Below are positions 57,169 to 64,000 of a DNA stretch of 64,000 nucleotides, in pieces. Source of the stretch: an uncultured Coriobacteriia bacterium. GTDB lineage: Bacteria > Actinomycetota > Coriobacteriia > Anaerosomatales > PALSA-660. Location of the stretch: positions 129,021 to 193,020 of the forward strand of contig CAVSCJ010000007.1 in assembly GCA_963726435.1 (NCBI GenBank). The letters are read 5' to 3'. The notes below the pieces were generated by a model, which was not told the DNA's origin, did no database searches, and was given only the letters and a program-made list of their open reading frames with translations. A program made the position numbers and the translations under genes. Position 1 is the first letter of the stretch; each line of letters opens with the position of its first letter.

Positions 57169-57286
57169 TGCCCAAGAACTTGCTAAGTCTTGTAGGGTCG
57201 GAGAGTGCGACTACGGTCTGCCCGCGCGTAGACGGCGCGCGCTCTCGAGCTTTCGCCAGATGATTTACTCTAGCGAGCCGTTGTCC

Positions 57287-57387
57287 GCCTAACAAGCACT
57301 TCGACCCGAAGACCTCGGCAAGTAAGCTTGCGCTTCCTCCGAGGCTCTGCGAGCCTCGGTCTCGGGTCAAGTGCAACACCGTTCGAT
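57287..57387 (+). repeat. attC site
   Basis: GCCTAAC...GCACTTCGACCCGAAGACCTCGG / CCTCGGTCTCGGGTCAAGTGC...GTTCGAT. Confidence 0.85.
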
Positions 57388-58189
57388 GGAACTTGAGACA
57401 ATGGACGACAGCAGTGCCTATCGATCCGTCGAGCTCGCCGCACTCTACGATGCCGTGTACGCAAACTGGGGTGACATCGCCTTCTGGCAAGTGATGGTTG
57501 CGGACGTGCAAGACGGTCCGCTCCTCGAGCTGGGCTGCGGAACCGGCCGCGTCCTATTACCCCTCGCGCGAGCTGGCCACAGGGTCACCGGTCTCGATCT
57601 CGGGACGCACATGCTTGCGCGCTGCCGCGCCAAGCTTCTAGCAGAACAGCCTGGTGTACGCGAGAGGGTGATGCTGCTCGAAGCAGACATGACGTTGTTC
57701 GACCTCGATTGCCGTTTTGCCAGCATCTACTGCTCATGCGGCACGTTCCACCACCTCAGCACGAAGGAGCAGCAGCTGGCGTGTCTCGAACGGTGCAGGC
57801 ACCATATGCTGCCGCGTGGAACGCTGGTTCTCGATCTCTTCAATCCCGTTCCCGCGCGCAGCAGGGTCAGCGGCGACGAGCCAGCCAGCGGCGGCGCTGA
57901 GGTGGTCGACTGGACCGATGGTCGGCGTGTCCGCAGCACAGCGACTGTGTTTGACTGCGGGGGACCACAACAGTGGAACGACTGCGAGGTGATCTACGAG
58001 ATTCTCGAGGCAGACGGCACCGCGAGTCAGGTCATTGAGACGTTTCCAATGCGCTTCGTGTTCCGGCAAGAACTCGAGCATCTCCTGGCCCGCTGCGGCT
58101 TCCACATCGTCGCCCTGTATGGCGACCATGATCGATCGGAGTACACCGACGAGTCACCCGGCATGATCGTCGTTGCCACGCCTGACTAG
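57386..58189 (+). CDS. Class I SAM-dependent methyltransferase (cassette)
   Basis: LLELGCGTGRVLLPLA, VTGLDL, LVLDLFNP. ATG 57386 overlaps the R' core GTTCGAT. An alternative ATG is at 57401. Confidence 0.75.
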   Translation: MELETMDDSSAYRSVELAALYDAVYANWGDIAFWQVMVADVQDGPLLELGCGTGRVLLPLARAGHRVTGLDLGTHMLARCRAKLLAEQPGVRERVMLLEADMTLFDLDCRFASIYCSCGTFHHLSTKEQQLACLERCRHHMLPRGTLVLDLFNPVPARSRVSGDEPASGGAEVVDWTDGRRVRSTATVFDCGGPQQWNDCEVIYEILEADGTASQVIETFPMRFVFRQELEHLLARCGFHIVALYGDHDRSEYTDESPGMIVVATPD

Positions 58190-58255
58190 CCATCGGGGCT
58201 CGCCCAAGGGCAGAACGTCGCTCGTGCAACGGGGAGGTTGGAATGGACCGCGTCC

Positions 58256-58343
58256 ATCGAACAAGGGCGTCAAGCAGACGCGCACAGACCGCGCGTAGAA
58301 TGCAGCGCGGCGGGCGCGCTGCTTACGCCCAACCACGTTAGGC
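58256..58343 (+). repeat. attC site
   Basis: ATCGAAC...GGGCGTCAAGCAGACGCGC / GCGCGCTGCTTACGCCC...GTTAGGC. TCCATCGAAC is a 10/10 complement of the cassette start at 57381. Confidence 0.88.
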
Positions 58344-58427
58344 AGAAAAGGGTGGGGCGGAGTGGTCGGCGCGTCTAGGGTGTTCGCGTCAGTCGGCCTC
58401 GTCGCCTGAGTGTGAGAGCGGGCATCC

Positions 58428-58964
58428 GTGAAGTACGTCGCGCTGCTGCGTGGGATCAATGTCGGCAAGGGTGCTCGCGTGCCCATGAAGGCCCTGAAGG
58501 CTCTTCTCGAGGGGCTCGGGCTCAGCGACGTCACCACCTATCTGAACTCGGGCAATGCGATATTCAGTTCATCTCTGAGCGTCCTCGACCTGACGCGTCA
58601 GCTCGAGGACGAGCTTGAGCGGGCGTTCGGCGAGAAGATCCCGACTTTGGTCAAGACGTCAACGGAGGTCATCGCGATCGCGGAGTCGATACCGAGCGAG
58701 TGGGGAAGCGGCGAGGATGAACAGACCTATGTCGCGTACCTGTTCAATGACGTCGACCAGCCGGGTCTAGTTCCGGAGCTGCCGGTCAAGATGGAGTTCA
58801 TGTCCATTTTCTACACACCTGGGGCAATCGTCTGGAACATCAAGCGAGAGAACTACAATCGCAGCCACATCACCAAGATCGTGGAACACAGCTCCTACGC
58901 TCGGATGACCACAAGGAACGTCAACACGGCGAGGAAGCTTGCTGCGCTTTGTGCTGAGTCCTGA
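58428..58964 (+). CDS. DUF1697-family protein (cassette)
   Basis: MKYVALLRGINVGKGARVPMKALKALLE.LG...V.TYLNSGN is the characteristic N-terminus of that family. Confidence 0.7.
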   Translation: MKYVALLRGINVGKGARVPMKALKALLEGLGLSDVTTYLNSGNAIFSSSLSVLDLTRQLEDELERAFGEKIPTLVKTSTEVIAIAESIPSEWGSGEDEQTYVAYLFNDVDQPGLVPELPVKMEFMSIFYTPGAIVWNIKRENYNRSHITKIVEHSSYARMTTRNVNTARKLAALCAES

Positions 58965-58980
58965 CCGCGACGCCGCTGCC

Positions 58981-59078
58981 CAGCAACGGCGTCAAGTCGG
59001 ACGGCACGCCGTTCAAGATAGAATCGAAGGGCCGGGCGACGAAGGGCGCGCCGCCGCTTACGCCGAACAACGTTAGAC
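58981..59078 (+). repeat. attC site (about 100-bp class, degenerate R'')
   Basis: CAGCAAC...GGCGTCAAGTCGGACGGCACGCC / GGCGCGCCGCCGCTTACGCC...GTTAGAC. Confidence 0.8.
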
Positions 59079-59169
59079 AGACGCGGCGTCGGTGTCCCGG
59101 TGACCAAGTCAGTGGCTCCGCCGTCTTCTCTGTGTATGCTTGAGGCATCCGTATCGCGGAGGGGGCGAC

Positions 59170-59873
59170 ATGGAACGGCCAGCACCTGGACTGAGAGAAC
59201 GTGTTTGGGACCTTCTTGAGGTCACCGAAGACAGGGAGACCGGCAAGGTCAACTGGGACTGGGTCGACGTCTTCCTTCTGGTTCTTATCCTGGCGAGCGT
59301 CGTGGTGGTCATCCTCGAGACGGTTGAGAGCCTGGTCCGCCAGTACGCCGGCTTCTTCTTGGTGTTCGACATCTTCACCGTCGCGGTCTTCACAGTGGAG
59401 TACATCGTCCGGATCTGGGCGTGCACGGCAGATCCCAGGTACGAGGAGCCCTTCCGCGGGAGACTCCGGTACGCGACCAGCTTCTATGGAGTGATCGACC
59501 TACTCGCGGTGCTGCCCTTCTACGCGGCCCTTGTTCTCCCCGTCACCCTGCTCGATCTCCGCTTTCTCAGAATCCTTCGCTTGATGCGATTCGCTCGCGT
59601 GTTGAAGATCGGCCGCTATTCGGAGTCGTTGGACCGCCTGAAGGACGTCTTCAGCTCGAAGAAGTCGGACCTGGGGGTCGCGTTTGTCGGCGTGCTCGTC
59701 GTCTTGGTGTTCGCATCGAGCGTCATGTACCACGTGGAGAACGCGGCCCAGCCCGATTCGTTCTCCAGCATTCCCGCTTCCATGTGGTGGGGGATATCGG
59801 CATTGACCACCGTCGGCTACGGCGACATCCAGCCAATCACCCCGTTCGGTAAGGTGCTGGGAGGCCTCATTCA
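59170..59873 (+). CDS. Voltage-sensor-containing K+ channel, truncated just after the selectivity filter
   Basis: S4-like LRFLRILRLMRFARVLKIGR. Filter TTVGYGD. After GKVLGGLI the reading frame runs into lower-GC unrelated sequence. Confidence 0.75.
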
Positions 59874-60042
59874 GCTAAAGTATCATCTGCCCATGAACGA
59901 TGAAAAGATTAAGAAAATCGCGTTGCTTGGCGTCAGCGGGCTCAAAAGGGTCATTGTCGATAGCATCGGCCAGGAGATGAGCGAATCCAAGCAAGAGATG
60001 TTCTCCTCGGCCGATGAAGCCAAAGAGTGGCTGGTGTCATAA
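59874..60042 (+). other. C-terminal fragment of a STAS/SpoIIAA-like protein (in frame with the truncated channel)
   Basis: ...KKIALLGVSGLKRVIVDSIG...FSSADEAKEWLVS*. Low-GC codon usage. Fold assignment is tentative. Confidence 0.35.
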
Positions 60043-60127
60043 ATGGCGATTTTCACAAATTATCAAAAATAGGGTATTATTAGTGGTATTGAGATACATA
60101 TCTCAATCAAACTGAAAGGGAGGAACA

Positions 60128-60320
60128 ATGGCTTTCAAGTATAAGAATTCGAAAGGCGTCACCTATATTCTGCACGGCAAAGACCGTGTCACATCTACTG
60201 GCAAGAAAGCAACCCTGTACTTTTTCTCGAAAGAGGAAAAGGAAGGTGCGTTGGATGCAGGTGCCTTGCTACCAAGTTGCTGAAACCGCCAACGGCTTGT
60301 TAGTCTTAAAGAAGAAATAA
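60128..60320 (+). CDS. Small conserved hypothetical protein, frameshifted near 60255-60262
   Basis: RBS AAGGGAGG then ATG 60128. MAFKYKNSKGVTYILHGKDRVTSTGKKATLYFFSKEEKEGALDA, then in another frame VPCYQVAETANGLLVLKKK*. Confidence 0.5.
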
Positions 60321-60330
60321 ATATGTGTTA

Positions 60331-60373
60331 GCTACGGGCTTGCCTGGACGTTCTTTCCAGGCAGACCCGTAGC
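60331..60373 (+). terminator. Hairpin terminator after the small ORF
   Basis: GCTACGGGCTTGCCTGGA-CGTTCTT-TCCAGGCAGACCCGTAGC, then GTTTCAAAA. Confidence 0.55.
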
Positions 60374-60600
60374 GTTTCAAAATGGACCTCGCAGGGTGAA
60401 TATTCGGAAGTAAAAATGAGGTCCAGCCCTTTTTTGATACTTTAGTTATTTTTGTATCTCCCCCCCTTTTATGTTATTTTGTAATTACTCAGCCCTACCA
60501 GGCTGGAAGTATGAATTGCTCCCTTCGGACCCTACAGGGCCCTTCGGGAGCATAATGAGGGGATCTGCGAGTTTTTTTTCAGGCGGGCGAAGCCCGCGAT

Positions 60601-61053
60601 TTAGAAAAAGCCATTGCGGCTGAGCAATAACGTTATTTTATTGTTGCACAATGTGCAACAATAAAATAACGTTTCCCGGATGTCATTCCGGGCGCAGCCT
60701 GCGGGGATGAGTGCATTTAAAGCCGCCAAAATAGCCTCAGGCGGTTCTGCCTTGCTGACGAAAGCATCCGCGCCGGCGGCCAGCGCAGCCTGGCGGGCTT
60801 CGAATTTACTGCTTAAAGCAATCACCTTCAAGTTGGGACAGCAACAAAGCAGATCCTTAGATAGTTTGCTTTCATGCAGACCCGGCAATTCCCAATCGAT
60901 CAGGACAACCAGTGGGCAGTCTTTTTTCAGATGTTCTATCAAACCCGGCATATCAGAAACCTCAGATACCTCTATCTGATGCGACTCTTGCTCCAACAGC
61001 AAGCGCAGGGCAGAACAGACTTCATGGTTGTCATCGGCCAGTAATATTCTCAT
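60601..61053 (-). CDS. Single-domain response regulator (REC)
   Basis: MRILLADDNHEV...LIDWELPGL...VIALSS...AGADAFVSKAEPPE. The 3' tail overlaps a 22-bp perfect palindrome, so the true stop is uncertain. Confidence 0.7.
   Translation of the reverse strand: MRILLADDNHEVCSALRLLLEQESHQIEVSEVSDMPGLIEHLKKDCPLVVLIDWELPGLHESKLSKDLLCCCPNLKVIALSSKFEARQAALAAGADAFVSKAEPPEAILAALNALIPAGCARNDIRETLFYCCTLCNNKITLLLSRNGFF
60629..60673. repeat. Perfect 22-bp-arm inverted repeat
   Basis: AACGTTATTTTATTGTTGCACA-A-TGTGCAACAATAAAATAACGTT. Confidence 0.9.
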
Positions 61054-61458
61054 CCGTAGCTCTCTCTTAGCTTCTATCCGAAAATTATTTTGCAGAGAAC
61101 TATTTTTCGGATAGGCTCTCAATAATCATTTAATCGGGTTAAGCATAAGACTTCCCTTCCAACTGCACATCGGATGACTGGTGAGATAAATACTGGACGT
61201 TTAGGGGGGCTTTTTCCTGGTCAAGCGGCCAGGTGGTATTTTATTTAAGGATGCTACACTGTAGTGGCAGGCAAACCTTTAAACCGTTTTAAGATATATG
61301 TCATTTTCCAAGCAGATCAAGTATGCCTTTTTCTTTGAATGGCAATCATGTACTATTAAAATGTTAAAACTGGTCCCCTACAGGGCCCTTCGGGGCACAT
61401 GATGGTCATTTTGTGATGGAATTTCCATCACAAAATAAAGCTTCATATAAAGTGCACA

Positions 61459-62113
61459 TTGGAAGGACGAGAATATGGTGAGAATAAAGCAATTCGCGTG
61501 GTCATCGTTGACGATCACACTGTGGTTCGCAGCGGTCTGAGCGCCTTTTTAATGGTTTTCGATGACCTGGATTTCGTGGGCGAAGCCGGCAGCGGCGAGG
61601 AAGCGATTCGCGTCTGCAAGGCGCTGAAACCGGACGTGGTGCTGATGGATCTGATCATGCCGGGTATGGATGGCGCCGCCGCCACGCGTGAAATCCGGGC
61701 GTGCTGCGCCGATACGCAGGTCATTGCTTTGACCAGTTTTAAAAGAACAGGAATTAGTCCAGGGGGTCTTGCAGGCCGGGGCGATTGGATATTTGCTCAA
61801 AAACGTCAACGCGGATGAATTGGCAAACGCCATCCGCGCCGCGCATGCCGGGCGGCCGACCCTGGCCCCCGAGGCCACCCATGCCCTGATCCACGCCAGC
61901 CAAAACCCGCCCGCGGTTGGCGCCGACCTGACTGCACGCGAACGCGAAATCCTCTCCCTTATGGTTTCAGGTCTTTCCAACCCTGAAATTGCGGATCAAC
62001 TGGTGGTAAGCCGCTCCACGGTAAAATTTCACGTCAGCAGCATCCTCTCCAAGCTGGCTGTGAACAGCCGTACGCAGGCCGTCAGTGTGGCTCTGCAAAA
62101 CAAGCTGATATGA
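61459..62113 (+). CDS. NarL/FixJ (LuxR-type HTH) response regulator, frameshifted at the AAAA run near 61741
   Basis: [16 protein letters not shown]...[14 protein letters not shown]...VIALTSFK, then +1 [21 protein letters not shown]...[40 protein letters not shown]. The start is uncertain: TTG 61459, or ATG 61475 with another shift. Confidence 0.8.
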
Positions 62114-63481
62114 TACGAAAACAGCGCCAGGGTCAAAGCCCGGCAAGGTTTTTTCATTCCCGGCGTGATTTCCTTAAACTCATGGGGACGGCGGCCGGCG
62201 TTTCTTTTATTGAATGCCTGCGCGCCCTTTCTGAGCACCCCAACCGCCACCAGCACGAACGAAGTGCAGCTGGTCTATCAAGATTGGAGTACCGAATGGT
62301 TCCCCCCCATGACCCAGCAGATGCTGGCCCATTTATGCCGCCCATCCCGACATTCACGTCTTCTACGTGCCTGATCCGGTGGACGTCGAAGACAGCCTGC
62401 TGGAAGATATGAAGGCCTGCGTCGCGCCGGATGTCTTTGCCGCGTGCTGTTCCTTCTTCCCCATCCTGGCACAGGAAGGTCAAACGCTAAACCTGCGCCC
62501 ATACATCGAATGGACCTGGATCAAGAAACCATTCAGGATTGGGACCCGGCGCAATACCAGGCGTATCTGACCCGCGGCGGGGAACAGTATGGGCTGCCAA
62601 AGTATCACGGCGCATTGGCGCTGTACTATAACAAAGACCTGTTCGACCAGTACGGTGTGGATTATCCGGATGGCACCTGGGACCACGACGATTATCTGGC
62701 TGCCATGAAACGCCTGACCCACGATCAAAACTCGGATGGACGGATCGACCTGTGGGGGAGCATTGTAGATATATCCTGGGACCGCATCCAGGTATATGTC
62801 AACGCCTGGGGAGGCCATTTTGTCGACCCCGCGGATTCCACGCGCAGCCGCATCAGGGCGATGCGCCAGCCTTAGAGGCCATGGGATTGGCTGGCGCAGC
62901 GCGCATGTGGGATGACCAGGTGATGGCCAGGCCGCTCGATGTGCAGAATATGGGGCCGTTGCAGGCCTTTATATCTCAGAAAGTCGCCATGGCCGAGGAT
63001 GGTTCCTGGGCGCTCAAAGACATTTTGAGCAAGGCCGATTTCAGAATTGGCGTGGCCCCGCTCCCTATCTGGTCCCGCCCGGCGGGTCACCATCGCGACC
63101 ACGGATGGTTTTGGTATTTACCGGGGCACCCGCTACCCGCAGGCCACCTGGGAACTGATGAAATTTTTGATCAGCAAAGAATACGGTCTGGCCATGGCTC
63201 GGGCCAATTTCCTCCAACCGGCGCGGGCTTCTCTGGTGCAGGACTGGGTTGGGTTCATTCGCCAGGAATATCCTGAAAAAACCCGGGATATGGATATTGC
63301 CGTATTTGCCGAAGGGCATACCCGGGGATATTCTGTCGTGGCGGAAATATTCCAAAACATGGTCGAAGCCAAACGCATCGTTTACGCCGCCTGGGACCAA
63401 ATTTACCTGCTGGGAGAACAACCCGTATCGTTGATGAAAGACGTTTCGCTCCAGGTAGAAAAAGCGCAAAAGGCATCCTAG
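62110..63481 (+). pseudogene. ABC-transporter extracellular solute-binding protein (family 1, sugar type), broken into at least 6 frame segments
   Basis: Tat signal SRRDFLKLMGTAAGV. YGLPKYHGALALYYNKDLF. ORFs 62110, 62165, 62367, 62444, 62752 and 63047 are collinear pieces of one SBP. Confidence 0.7.
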
Positions 63482-63485
63482 TCGC

Positions 63486-64000
63486 ATGAAAAGACTCTTC
63501 CAACGCCAGGGACTGCGCACCAAAATCATTATCTGGTCTTTTGTACCCACGCCGTCATTCTGGCAGCCGTGGCCCTGATCACCTATGCCGCCTACCAAAG
63601 CGTTACCGATGACCTGGTCCTGGCCAAAAACCAGGAAGTAACTCGCCTCTCGGCGGGCCAGCTTTCGGCAGAGTTGAAGACCTACACCGAATTGCTGGCC
63701 GAAATCGCAAACAACACCGATATGCGCCAGGTCAATCCGGTTTTGCAGCACATCACCCTGCAGCGTTACAGCAATCGCCTGATCATTTTCGATGGCGGCG
63801 TTTTCATCCTGGATAATTTTGGCACGCTGATTTCAGCCCTGCCCGAAAGGCCGGGCGATCTAGGGCAGGTCTGGTTTTACTGTGAGTATTTCCGCCAGAT
63901 CGTGCATGGTTCCCGGCCGGTATTTTCGAATATCCTGGCAGATGGCCCGCAGCAAACGGATGTCATCGTTGCAGCCGTGCCCATCCTGGGCAATCAGGGC
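63486..64000 (+). CDS. Sensor protein N-terminus (TM plus Cache-like periplasmic domain), partial and frameshifted near 63550
   Basis: MKRLFQRQGLRTKIIIWSFVPT, then +1 VILAAVALITYAAYQSVTDDLVLAKNQEVTRLSAGQL...VIVAAVPILGNQG. It runs off the window end. Confidence 0.55.

Larger units (their letters stand above)
44152..59078 (+). mobile_element. Integron-type gene cassette array without a detectable integrase (CALIN-like)
   Basis: At least 13 attC sites in one orientation, each RYYYAAC...GTTRRRY with bulged inner palindromes. Nearly all ORFs are co-oriented. The first 8-10 nt of most cassettes are the reverse complement of the start of that cassette's own attC. Confidence 0.85.

Noticed and set aside
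54184-59078. The regularly recurring 60-100-bp repeats as a CRISPR array.
   Set aside because: The units are imperfect palindromes of three different classes, spaced 0.27-1.5 kb apart with protein-coding genes between them. No short uniform spacers or cas genes are present.
38800-60040. Search for an integron integrase (IntI) or any tyrosine recombinase near the cassette array, including ORFs 39881..40693 -, 41924..43195 - and 42871..44034 -.
   Set aside because: None of the six-frame translations shows recombinase box motifs (R...HxxR...Y, LLGH). The listed minus-strand ORFs are shadow frames of plus-strand genes. An integrase therefore cannot be claimed from this window.
60576-60600. Hairpin GCGGGC-GAA-GCCCGC, preceded by T8, as the terminator of the minus-strand REC gene.
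   Set aside because: For the minus strand the U-tract would have to follow the hairpin, but here it reads as an A-tract. For the plus strand the T-run precedes the stem. It is not a convincing intrinsic terminator in either direction.

Overview
The window is a composite of two segments. Nt 1 to about 59,873 is high-GC DNA; my spot count is 65 G+C in the first 100 nt of trpE. Its gene content is Gram-positive/Terrabacteria-like, but the taxon cannot be fixed from sequence alone. Nt about 59,874 to 64,000 is unrelated lower-GC DNA (spot counts 34 and 53 G+C per 100 nt), joined in the middle of a K+ channel gene.

The first 38 kb is mostly housekeeping:
- a histidine kinase;
- a Trp-specific T-box leader followed by a complete trp operon (trpE, trpG-D fusion, trpC, trpB2, trpF, trpB, trpA);
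- hsp20, nadE, class I aldolase, accD/accA and a PPi-type phosphofructokinase;
- a copper-handling cluster: a Cys-rich secreted protein, three cupredoxin-domain proteins, a CopA P-type ATPase, a Rex-like regulator and a tandem-repeat protein with a Met/Gly tail;
- adenosine deaminase, two SDRs, tRNA-Leu(CAA), pdtaS/pdtaR, a PIN/AbrB toxin-antitoxin pair, cardiolipin synthase, an FTR1 permease and a LysE exporter.

From about 38.8 kb the content becomes accessory. It holds a Phd/ParE pair, methyltransferases, decayed CPBP protease and membrane-protein paralogues. From 44,152 to 59,078 there is an integron-type gene-cassette array:
- It has at least 13 attC sites (RYYYAAC ... GTTRRRY imperfect palindromes of 60-104 bp).
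- For most cassettes the first 8-10 nt are the reverse complement of the start of that cassette's own attC.
- No integron integrase is visible in the window.
- Cassettes encode GNAT and other acyltransferases, HicAB, small membrane, zinc-ribbon and lipoproteins, methyltransferases, and an IS110-family element sitting in an attC.
- One lower-GC two-gene cassette encodes a ComF-like PRTase plus a SLOG/DUF2493-like Rossmann protein. I consider it the best candidate for an undescribed conflict or defence system.

Many genes in both segments carry single-base (+1) frameshifts, often at short homopolymers. This points to indel-prone sequence or real pseudogenisation. Gene calls marked 'frameshift' are reconstructions across frames.
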